Of a stretch of 64,000 bases of DNA, positions 1 through 10,629 are shown piece after piece. A program made the position numbers and the translations under genes. A model generated the notes under the pieces. The model worked only from the letters and a program-made list of their open reading frames with translations, searched no databases and had not been told where the DNA came from. This DNA comes from Octopus sinensis. Lineage: Eukaryota. The stretch's first letter is position 1, and every line of letters begins with the position of its first letter. Where the stretch lies: positions 116,994,001 to 117,058,000 of the forward strand of contig NC_043002.1 in assembly GCF_006345805.1 (NCBI RefSeq), written 5' to 3'.

Positions 1-699
1 GTCCGTGTGTGTGTATGTGTGTGTGTCTGTGTGTGTGTGTGTGCTTGTGCGTACACATATATAGATATACAGATGTATCGATACATAATGTTTGAGTAAG
101 ATACTATTCCTTAACGAATAATAAAATGAAAATAAAATTAGAGGGTACGGAGAAAGACGAGATGTAAAAAAAAGAGGAACGGTGCAGAAAACAAAAAGAA
201 AATAGGAAAGGATACAAAAGAAGGGAAAGGATGTACAAAGCAAAGAAAAATAATTGTGTAACATGGTAGAAGGAAAGAACGATGTAGAACAAAATAAAAT
301 AGAAAGATAGGTAAGAAGGGCATCATTGAATTGTATCTTGGCGTATCGTAAATTATATAAATTTAACGTTAAATGGGAATATACATAGAACGAAGAATGA
401 AAATTAATTAGAAGAATGAAACTTCAAACGGAAAACATAGTGATATAAGAATATGCATCACTGAGAACCTCTAGGTGGAGGATTAGGATTAAGAACAGAA
501 TTTTTAAACACTTGTTTAAAGTTGAATATCATTAAGTTAAACATCATTTGTTTTATATGATCTTATACTTTTTCACCAATAAGGTATCTTTCTCCCAATA
601 ACAAACTATGCTCCTTTTCTATATATATATTAATACACTAAAATGCCAAACTAAACGTACCCATTATCTTTACAAATTTGTAATTCATAATTCAGAATC

Positions 700-2000
700 A
701 AATCTATCGAAAACATGCTGACCACCTTATAGCCAAATTAACTCCTTAACTGAATGTATAAATCAAAACGATTGCTTTTTCACATATAATGAGTTGTAAG
801 TCTCAACAGAATGGAAGAATCTACATTTGGGATGCTTTTAATGGAACTGAAAATACATTTCTATTAAATTCCTTACTGAATATGTTTCAAAGCCAAATAA
901 TATTGCTGTAGCATTAACTTTTTCAGGTATAGCTACTACGCTATTGCATGGAGGTCTCACAGTTCATTTTGCATTCAAACTTCCTTACGATTTAGCTACA
1001 CATGATGATGTCGTCTGTAAAGTTATTATTAAGGAATTATTAAAAGATGTGAACTTATAGCTTCAGATGCGAGTTTACTAAAAAGCTTTGGAGGCCTTGA
1101 ATAGGACTCTACAAAATATAAGAAACCTGAACACTTCGGTTGGATGTGTTACTTCAGATATGAGGATATATTTTATCACTTACAGCAAAAGGAACGAAAG
1201 CCGATGGAAACTGGGTATACCTTGTTTGTAATGCAGTGTTGAAATCTTGAAGCTTACAACTGACATGGAAGCAACAATTTATGGTGATCAAAATTTAGGA
1301 TTATTTGCTGATCAGTTGCCACAGCTTGGTGAAAGAACAAGTTCCTATGGACTCCAACAACAAAGATCTTTTATCAACAATCAGTATTGTTCCAGTGTGT
1401 TCATGAATTAATAGGAAAACTGAATTTAATAATTTATCGCTACGAATGTGTGAAAAAGCAGTATTAGACTTAGATTTAGATTTCTCATGAGGCCTAAGAA
1501 TCATAAATCCAAAACTTCATTTGGGTTTCAAGGTGTATAAGTTATTGTGATTACAACACTGCTCTCATAACAGAACGCCGGTCTATCGCAGGAAAAACGT
1601 TTCAGCTATTGCTGATATTTATTTACATGAAATGAGGGATTTTGCTTTAAAACACAATGCCCTCCCGGTCCAGGAATCCCCACGTCGATTTTATGAACGT
1701 TACTACAGCACCATAAACAATAGGCCACATACCTTCACATAAAAAAGAATTTGATGCTAGAACAATACAGCATTTAAATTTAGCAGCCAAATCCTACTCG
1801 AAGAGAATCAATTCAAATTATTATCGATCAAAATGAAGTTGCTAACTAAGCAATCTCCAGGATAGCTAACTGGCTCACCAGCTACAACTTAGAATGTGAC
1901 TCTTATAATGCTTCTACGGAATTTAGTTCAGCATAATCGCTGCAGTGGTACTATTTCAATAATAAAGACATTATAGCCTCGAATCACTGAAGCATAAATT
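700..2000 (+). mobile_element. Helitron remnant (Pif1-like helicase pseudogene), interrupted at about 1150-1510
   Basis: Hand translation across frameshifts: DAFNGTENTFLLNSLL (decayed Walker A, ~831), NIAVALTFSGIATTLLHGGLTVHFAFKLP, KALEALNRTLQNIR, and later IMLLRNLVQHNRCSGT (~1905-1955). These are typical Helitron helicase motifs. Many stops and frameshifts. Confidence 0.8.
1150..1510 (-). mobile_element. Possible piggyBac-like transposase fragment inserted in the Helitron
   Basis: Minus-strand ILIVDKRSLLLESIGTCSF loosely resembles the piggyBac TVDE..FRGRCSF region. Weak similarity only. Confidence 0.2.
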
Positions 2001-2501
2001 CAAATTAGTTGTCGCAAGAGAATATATATTTTTATTACTAGGACGCTGTTTGCGGCAGATGAAAAGCACTCGCAGAAGTGGATAAAAGAAGCTGGTAAAT
2101 TAGCAGTGAAGTTCAATTTTCGACATGCAACCTCAGCGGCATATACATACATACATACATACACATTAACACCCACATATCTATATATGTATATATAGAT
2201 ACATGTGAATTTCTGTACGCACACACACACACGCACACATATACATTCGAGGTAACGATACAATGTCTTTGCGTTTGCATTTGACATTTCAATTGTTTCT
2301 CAAATTACATCTTACTATCATTGAAATGTAATGACATATTTGTATACAGATGAGATATTATAAGTGTGTGTGTTTGTGCGCGCGTGTGTGTGTGCGCGTG
2401 TGCGCGTGCGCCACGCTGTGAATGTAAATGTGTATATAAAGACAGGGTGGAAGGAACTTTTTCGATCACATATACACATGTAGATGCCTGCTTATCGTAT
2501 A

Positions 2502-2597
<96 letters not shown>

Positions 2598-2600
<3 letters not shown>

Positions 2601-2797
2601 CCAAACATAAACAAAGAGAAAACACAACAACGCGAGGACGTGGAACAAGTATAGTTTTCTTGGACGCTCAGCAAAGGAAAGATAGAAGGAAGATTTAACG
2701 TTTCGAGCGGAGCTCTTCGTCAGAAACATAGAAAAAGGAAAGGCCCAAGGAAGGGAAGACGGAGAAAGAAAATCGCCAACGATACACACGCGGTCAC
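2598..2797 (-). mobile_element. Short (~200 bp) hammerhead-containing element (solo PLE terminal repeat or retrozyme-like)
   Basis: Unique, more GC-rich segment between (TA)n runs, with a hammerhead core on the minus strand at 2693-2729. Confidence 0.55.
2693..2729 (-). ncRNA. Minimal type I hammerhead ribozyme
   Basis: Minus strand reads atgttt CTGACGA A GAGC tcc GCTC GAA ACGT T aaat: intact core, 4-bp helix II, palindromic ACGT helix III, and short helix I (GTTT/AAAT). Confidence 0.75.
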
Positions 2798-2811
2798 ATA
2801 ATTATATATAT

Positions 2812-4521
2812 ACATTAAAGAAGTAAAATGCACACACTTTACATAGTTTTAATATAATTTTTAATATATCTTATATTGTGTTTTCAGCCGGTTTCGCTTC
2901 GCTAATCATGACATTAAAAATTATTCAAATACGTATTTTCTTAAGAAATTGTTTGTCCGTGTTGTGTGTTGAGTTTATGAATGAATGATTCAACAAGTAG
3001 AAAAATCTAAGGGGAAGTAATTGGCTATCGTTATTATTGTGCACAGGGGAGATAATTGTTCATCTTTCGTTAGGGGGGCTATATATATATATTTACACAA
3101 AAATGAAAGAACTAGAGTAGTGGTGAGATATATGTACAGTGATGGGTATGTAATCGTGAATTAAAATATGAATAGAGATTAAAGTTGGTTATGCATGCAT
3201 ATTTAGATGTATTCTGCATTTTTCGTTGAATAAATTTTCTTTATTCTAACGTTCTTGTAAAGAAATTGTAACTTTGGTAGGAGAGAACTGTGAAATTTGG
3301 TTTGATGTTACCTGCACATCCGTCTATGTGTTCACTTAAAGGAATCTGTCAGTATTGCGGTAACCAGATCTGCTCTTTATGTAGAGCGGTTCTCCGCCTC
3401 AATGCCATACTCGTCTGTCCTATATAGTGATGTCCACAATCCGAGCAGGTTATTACAGAAGTTGGTTTTAATTGTGAACCTCTCTCCTTGTTTGAAAAAG
3501 AGTTTGGGCGTCCACATTTTTTTAACCCTTGGTTTCGTGGTTGTTGCGTAAAACCTCGCATTTGTTAGCAGTCTCTTTAGCGATTATTGTTGCTTTTTGC
3601 ATTTGCTTAATACATGTGCTTTCATGATCTTCATTTATGTTAGTAAAAGAAGATTTTGCACAATAATGTTGTATGCCTCATTGTTTCTAGGGATGTGAGT
3701 TAATATATACATATTTCTTTACTACCCACAAGGGGCTAAACACAGAGGGGACAAACAAGGACAGAGAAATGGATTAAGTCGATTACATCGACCCCAGTGC
3801 GAAACTGGTACTTATTTAATCGACCCCGAAAGGATGAAAGGCAAACTCGACCTTGGCGGAATTTGAACTCAGAACGTAACGGCAGACGAAATACGGCTAC
3901 GCATTTCGCCCGGCGTGCTAACGTTTCTGCCAGCTCGCCGCCTTAAATATAGTTAATATATACAGTAGTGTTTTGAGATGAGGTGTGCTGTTATCTTTTG
4001 TTGTCCTTAGTGTTTTCATGTCTAATTTCTTGGCACGTTTAATTCCATCGTCTATAAGTGAGGGTGCATATTGTCTTTCAGTTAGTGCTGTTCTGAGGTC
4101 TAGAGTAGTTCTATCAGACACTATTGTGCAAAAGGATTTGCCGAATTGCAGGGGGTATTTATTTTGATGTGTTTCGGGTGGCATGAGCTAAACAGGTGAT
4201 ATTGCTTCGATCTCGTTGGTTTATGATAGATGTCAGTTATAATTTGGTTCTTGACTTTTTTAACATAATATCCAAAAATGGGAGCTGTTGTTTCATATAT
4301 TCTATTGTGAATTGAATGTTACAGTTTATATCATTTATTTCAATTCCAAAAGTTTATCAATGTTCTCCTTCAAAATCATAAAATTTCTCTTAACAAAATA
4401 CGTATTTACATAAATTTCAATGTCATAAATAGCGAAAGCAAAACTGTTCGACAAACTCAATATAAGATATATTTAAAATTATACTAAAAGTATGTAAAGT
4501 GTGCTCATTTTCCTTCTTTAA
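2812..4521 (-). mobile_element. Penelope-like element 1 (5'-truncated; RT thumb plus GIY-YIG) with inverted terminal repeat
   Basis: Thumb-like FCTIVSDRTTLDLRTALTERQYAPSLIDDGIKRAKKL (3918-4184 ORF) and GIY-YIG VITCSDCGHHYIGQTSMALRRRTALH (3349-3561 ORF). 2812-2951 recurs inverted, roughly 80% identical by eye, at 4382-4521. Confidence 0.8.
3712..3950 (-). mobile_element. tRNA-derived SINE, family A, inserted in PLE 1
   Basis: Minus-strand head GGCGGCGAGCTGGCAGAA (A-box-like) and GAGTTCAAATTCC (B-box-like). 14-bp target-site duplication AGTTAATATATACA at 3698-3711 and 3951-3964. Confidence 0.9.
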
Positions 4522-4578
4522 TTTCTTATATATATTACAACTCAAAACGTGGGGATAATCGAAATTCCTCCCTTTCTG

Positions 4579-4637
<59 letters not shown>

Positions 4638-5400
4638 GCACATACACTATTTGCACATATAGATATATATTTGAAAGAATAATAGAAGACAAACTCAGAG
4701 ATATTTCAAATTTACAATTCCTACATTTGTTTCAATAATCCTTACGTAAGAATATAAAAAGCAGTTACGTAATTATATAATTATGATATTTATATGAGGC
4801 TTAAGAATCACATTATCAAGGATGCTTGAAATATGCTTAAAAACTTAAAATGGCTTGTATATAGAGAATTAAAAAAGAAGAAAGGAGAAAAAGGAGAAAT
4901 CAAAATTGAAAGAAAAAATGCACCAGAGAAGACACAATAGTAGCAAGGGGAAAAAAGAAATTAAAAATAAAGCTAAAATTAAAGTTTAACATAAAAATTA
5001 AAATAATAACGGCAATAACAACAAAACTAAACAGTTTAAGAATACAGTTTCTCTTGTTGGTAACTAAAAAAATAATAACTATAACTGTAGCTCATTCTAG
5101 TATTGTGACATTAGATTTAACTATCGTATACACCTAATCCTTACTAAGGTCATAAATCATTACGATATACCCTGATACTAAAAGACTTAGGAAATACCTC
5201 TATAACTCATTTAGAAGTTATAGCATTCCTATTGCTCTTGAAAAATCTATAAGAATTTTTTCATTAACTAGGCGCAACACAGAATCTAAATTTTGGTTGA
5301 TATTTTTCTATTCAGTTCTATATTTAAGAGATGAGGAATTATGTACATTATTTACATTATTTACATTTGACGGATATTTGTCCTCATCTTGTTTGTTGTT

Positions 5401-5447
5401 AACACAACGTTTCGGCTGATATACCCCTCCAGCCTTCATCAGCTGTC
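5401..5447 (-). ncRNA. Minimal type I hammerhead ribozyme in the inverted pseudo-LTR
   Basis: Minus strand reads gacag CTGATGA A GGCTG gaggggtatat CAGCC GAA ACGT T gtgtt. Helix I pairs fully (GACAC/GTGTT) if position 2.1 is C, as in the 6706-6711 copy. Confidence 0.85.
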
Positions 5448-5494
5448 TTTGGGAGATTTCAAACCTGGGTTCTCATTCCTAAGGTACTTTTCGA

Positions 5495-5544
<50 letters not shown>

Positions 5545-5582
5545 TATTATTATTATTCAGGTCACTGCCTGGAATCGAATAT

Positions 5583-6535
5583 TTGGCTTTAGGATCAGCA
5601 CTACTAAAACCAACCCTATGGCTGCGATATGTTGATGACTCTTTTATTCTCTGGCCCCACCGGGAAGATGTCCAAGTGCTGTTAAATCTTATGAACTCAA
5701 TAAAGTCATCCATACAGTTCACAATGGAAAAGGAAAAAGACAATCAGCTAGCATACCTGGACGTATTAATAACACGCACAAAAGTTTGGATTCATGACAT
5801 CTGGATACCGGAAGCCCACCTTCACTGGACGATACCTTAACTTCAATTCCCACCATCCATACAGTGTAAAGAGAGGGATTGCTCAGTGCTTAAAACATGG
5901 AGCAAAGAATATAAGTAGCGATCGTGATACCCACCATGAAGAAATGATCAAGCTCAGTAACAATCTATTAAGCAACAAATACTCCAAAAACATACTATCT
6001 ACTCCAATTACGAAGCAAAGAGAGGATGTAACCAATAAACTGTCTACAGTCTGTCTAGTCTATGTGAAAGGCCTCTCCGAAAAGATACAAAAGATTTGCG
6101 GCCCATATGACATAGGAGAGTATTCAAGAGTAATACAACACTTCGAAAATATCTCCTTCGAGTAAAACCACCAACAGAAGAGAATATGACCAAAACCTGC
6201 GTGTACTCCATCTCATGCAGCTGTGGTAGGTTATACAAAGTCGAAACATGTGGCCCCCTCAAAATAAGGGTAGAGGAACATCGCAGAGCTGTGACACAAG
6301 GAGATGTTGATAAATCGGGTATAGCTGATCATGTATGGAAAAATGAAGACCACCTCCCCTTGTGGAATGAAGTTAAAATAATAAAGAGAGAACACCACTG
6401 GAAAATACGAAAACTAAAAGAGGCAGGCAGCACCTATGCAAGAACACAACAACCTCCTAAGCAGACCGAGTGCAGATATGAGTAGCATATGGGAACCAGT
6501 ATTAAAGAAGGATAGGAAAATATTGGATTTATAAG
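5583..6535 (+). pseudogene. PLE reverse transcriptase C-terminus plus GIY-YIG endonuclease (frameshifted)
   Basis: LWLRYVDDSF (YxDD), IQFTMEKEKDNQLAYLDVLITR, YRKPTFTGRYLNFNSHHP, YVKGLSEKI, and CVYSISCSCGRLYKVET..RVEEH..SGIADHVW (CCHH motif), split over three ORFs. Confidence 0.92.
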
Positions 6536-6562
6536 CCCTAAAATTCACTCAATCATTGCCCA

Positions 6563-6632
6563 GGGGCATATGGCGAAGTGGTTAAGATCGAGGGCTATTA
6601 ACCCCAAGATTCCGAGTTCGATTCCAGTGACC
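6563..6632 (+). promoter_or_regulatory. tRNA-like segment (putative internal Pol III promoter) at the start of the PLE 2 pseudo-LTR
   Basis: TGGCGAAGTGG (A box, 6571-6581), GGG-CTATTAA-CCC anticodon-like arm, GAGTTCGATTCC (B box, 6614-6625). The acceptor stem does not pair well, so this is not called a tRNA gene. Confidence 0.7.
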
Positions 6633-6899
6633 TGAATAATAATAATAATAATAATAATATCGAAAAATACTTTAGGAATGAGAACCCAGGTTTGAAATCT
6701 CCCTAAGACACCTGATGAGGATAAATATCCGTCCAGTATAAATAGTGTACATTTTTACTATTAATAGACCAAAATGAGATTGAAATATATTCATAAGAAA
6801 TCTACTCTGTAAGGAACATCCAATAGATTCTAAAACAAGAGAATTTTAATTGCTAATGTGACTGTTATAACCAAGCTTTGATAAGAAGTGATGCTAAGA

Positions 6900-8170
6900 A
6901 GAAAATTACCTACATAATAACACCTCACAAGTTACCTCTATATATAATATACATTTATAAAGACACTTAAATATGATAAGTATATAAATATCAAGAAATA
7001 TCTTTCCACTACAAGTAAACTGGTTAACATAATATTCAGAAAGATAATGACTGGTCGAGCAGGTGGAAATTTGAATAATTTCTTACTTAATTTGCCAATG
7101 CATCTGGTAAGATCACTAATAAATAAAAACAACATTGCTAAGCAGGAAGACACACACAGTGAACGTTTAGGAACACCGACAATAATATTAATATGAAGTA
7201 GATTGTAAAATAGTTCATGTAAAAATAGAATAAGTGTTATGAACTCTAATAGAAATAAAACTGTTACTAGATCTAACCATGTAGCAAAATTTGAAAAAAC
7301 GTACTATCTTCAATATTTGTCTTATAGAATAAAATCATCAAGCTGGTGTAATCTTCGTCGTAAGGGACTGAATACATAATTCAAAAGTATTATCTAGTAT
7401 TCTTGAAACAATTTTCTCCAACGGCATAATTACGACTTGCATCATAAAAATGTCCTCCTCCAATCATCCAAACATTGTTGCCACTGTAATAGTGGCAAAT
7501 TGAATAGGAGTGGTAATATTAATTTTGCAAAGCTAGCAAACTCAGGCTTAGGATCTAAAACGGTAAATAGAATTTATAGGGTACCCTTCCATACCCTGTA
7601 ATCCTATTAAGAGCTGAATGCCTAGAGCAATAGAAAACTTAAGTGGTCAGAGTAATAATTGCTCAATTGCTGTTTCTAATATTGATAGTAATAATTTTGA
7701 AAATGTGATATTTCGTACAAGTGTCTGAAGTCTAAACAAGTGTTGGAATTACATTTTAGCCTAGTAAGTTGCAATCAATGCAATAAGGAGAGTAAGTGCA
7801 GATGTAACTCCAGGGTAACTGATGTGTATCCGCTAAATGGAAGTTGAAATATTGTGTGCCAAAGGTACAGATACATAATGCTCGTAAATATTACAAAGGA
7901 TCTGTATTCATTTATTTTTTTGAAGAAACCCCTAACTTGAAAACTCTGTCTCTCGTGCAGAATATATATTTGATATAAAATCTACAAGCAAAGTTTATGG
8001 GATAGAATGGAGTGTTATGAATTCAACCAAATATACCACGAAGACAGACAAGACTGTCTTTTATGTAGGCATAAATTTCTAAAGATTTTAAGGGCAGACC
8101 GAAATCTATTAAGCTTAAAGAATGAAACTGTAAGTCAATGCAAGCATAAACGTACTTGGAATTTGAAATA
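6900..8170 (+). mobile_element. Penelope-like element 3, heavily decayed, different subtype
   Basis: SSSNHPNIV (thumb), YPLNGS*NIVCQ..ARKYYKGS (EN start), and C-terminal DCLLCRHKFLKILRADRNLLSLKNETVSQCKHKR, resembling the Cys-rich PLE endonuclease C-terminus. Confidence 0.6.
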
Positions 8171-8711
8171 ATATACAATACAAAGAAGGTTTGAACATGA
8201 TGATGATGATGACGACGACGACGACCACGATGATCATGATCATGATAATAGTAATACTGGTGATAATAATAATAATAATAATAATAATAGCGATTACAGT
8301 GGTATGGGAGAGTGTCTGTATGAATTATATTAATTACAATTCCAGCTATATAAGCGTATTATTACTGTCTTTCGTTATTTTTTCAAATTTCTTCATTTTA
8401 CTCTCCACTATTTATTCTTCTTTATATAAGAAATGTTTTATTTTTTAGCAAATCTTATTAGAAATGTCTTTGTTAGCATGATTCTCACATCATGTACTAT
8501 TTATATAACTAAGTTTATTATGTTATGTAAGAATTATATAAATATCTGTAGGAATTGAATATTTGAATTATGAATTTTGTTGTCCTTTCAAATGTGCTTT
8601 ACCCTCTGCATGTATAATAGACTATTTTACGGTGTACGCAACATTGTACATAGAAATGCTTTCAACCTGAATTTTCGAATTTAGCTGCAATATTTATGGT
8701 TATTTATGGTT

Positions 8712-9150
8712 ACGTATGATTGTATGTATGTATGTATGTATGTATGTATGTATGAATGAATGTATGTATGTGTGTATGTATGTATGTATGTATGTATGCA
8801 TGTATGTATGTATCTATGAATGTATGTATGTATGAATGTATGAATGTATGTATGTATGTATGTATGTATGTATGTATGTATGAATGTATGTATGTATGCA
8901 TGTATGTATGTATGAATGTATGTATGTATGTATGTATGTATGTATGTATGAATGTATGAATGTATGTATGTATGAATGTATGAATGTATGTATGTATGTA
9001 TGTATGTATGTATGAATGTATGTATATATGTATGCATGTATGTATGTATGAATGTATGAATGTATGTATGTATGAATGTATGTATGTATGTATGAATGTA
9101 TGAATGTATGTATGTATGTATGTATGTATGTATGTATGTATATATACATG
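8712..9150. repeat. (TATG)n microsatellite with TGAA variants
   Basis: Directly visible; accounts for the YIHT/MYVC ORFs. Confidence 0.98.
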
Positions 9151-9199
9151 CGTGTATGTACGTATATAGTTTATTCATACTGTATGTTCATCGCAGTTC

Positions 9200-10350
9200 G
9201 AGTTTTCAACTGACGACCAGGTGAGGTCTGTTACAACACAGTTTGTTGGCATATATATACATTGTATTCATTGGAGTGAATGTGGTCTTTTGGTTGTGTC
9301 TGATGAAGGATAGTTTTGCGTTCGCTGATTGGTTCGTAATTTTTCTGGGCAGTCATTTTTGGTTATTTTTGTAGGATTGTATTTATTTTTCGTGTATTAG
9401 TTGATAAAGAGCGTATTTTCAATAAGAATCGTTCGTTTATAATTACTCTTTGTTTGAATATATGTTTTGTGGTTAAGTCTGTTTGGGTATGCATGATATT
9501 ATGTTTCTAAATATTGGTATCATCTGAGCATGGATTTGTTGATAAGAACATTGCTTCGGTAAAAAATTAGCGAATTTTCACAACTTGTTTGTATATGGAC
9601 CGTGTAACTTTAATTGTAAACGAAATTAAAGATATAGTTATCAATTGAATAAGTTTTGATGTAAGCGGTAGTCATGACTGAATGATTTCGTTAATGCGTT
9701 TGGAAATCTGCTGTGGTTAAAAAATGAAGTGTACTTTATTAAGTGGATTGTTTGGTAAGATTGCCAAGATTGCCAAGATTGTTTATCTCATATGAGTATA
9801 TGAGTTTTGTTTAATAATAAGTACTTGGGTTACATCGTATCTGTGTGTATGTGTTCTGGTCAAAGCTTGTTTTCGATGATCTCGAACATTGAGAGAATAT
9901 TTCTTTACAAGTTCGTATCATAGTTAAGTGACTTTAACCAATTTCTATGTAATTTTCTTTTCATCAGGAATGCAGGGCTTTTATGTGGATAGAAGGAGAA
10001 AAGTATGCACAGTAGTTTTTATCAAAATGCTTCAGGCTCCCAAGATGAGAGGTTTTAGAATTTGTGGTGGTGAAAGAGAAAAGACGGTTATGACTGTAGT
10101 CTTTAAATGAAAGTTGCTTGATTAAAGGGTTTACAAAAACTGGAGATATGGAGGAACTCATTGCAATCGTGCAGTGTAAAAGTTTTGGATTTGAACTTGT
10201 GGAAAAATTATATGACGTTCTTCAAAACAACTATGTAAATTTACGGTTGGATATAAAATGTCAGATGAATGGGTTGAATGATCATTTACACCGAGGAAAT
10301 AGTACATACAATAAAGAGAAAATAGTGTGCTGCTTAGTCAATTTTGCTAG
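9200..10350 (-). mobile_element. Very decayed retroelement remnant, possibly a PLE
   Basis: Coding-like composition and faint resemblance to PLE RT/thumb (e.g. NPLNKVHFIF*PQQISKR). No clean motif. Confidence 0.25.
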
Positions 10351-10629
10351 CTAATTTGATACTAATAAATTCCATAAAGAGCAAAAGAAAATAGAAAAAT
10401 TACAGAATCTGAAATGCGAACTTCAGAGAACATGGAATTACTTTAAAATTATTTTCATCTCAAATGCAATGGTAGCATTAAAGACATAGCAAATAATCCA
10501 GTCCGGTGAGATGTGAAATTTGACAAGAGTACCATGGATATATGGTGGTGGCCATTTGCTACCTCTACCCAACTCTTAAAGCATAGCTTTCACTCGATCC
10601 ATTCCTGGACGTAATTTACCACACTGCTT

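Larger units (their letters stand above)
5312..6750 (+). mobile_element. Penelope-like element 2 (5'-truncated) with 3' pseudo-LTR and inverted 5' pseudo-LTR
   Basis: RT/EN coding remnant at 5583-6535. 6615-6750 (B-box, (AAT)n, atcgaaaa..ttaggaatgagaacccaggtttgaaatctcc..gaca.ctgatga) recurs inverted at 5312-5580. Confidence 0.92.

Noticed and set aside
2885-2912. Hammerhead in the PLE 1 terminal repeat (catgattagcgaagcgaaaccggc)
   Set aside because: The position fits but the core is too decayed in both repeat copies to call.
6563-6632. Functional tRNA gene
   Set aside because: A and B boxes are present but the acceptor and anticodon stems pair poorly, and it is embedded in a mobile element.
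9205-9330. CTGACGA and CTGATGA cores (also CTGAGAGA..CGGAAC at ~24935)
   Set aside because: No correctly spaced GAAA or helices.
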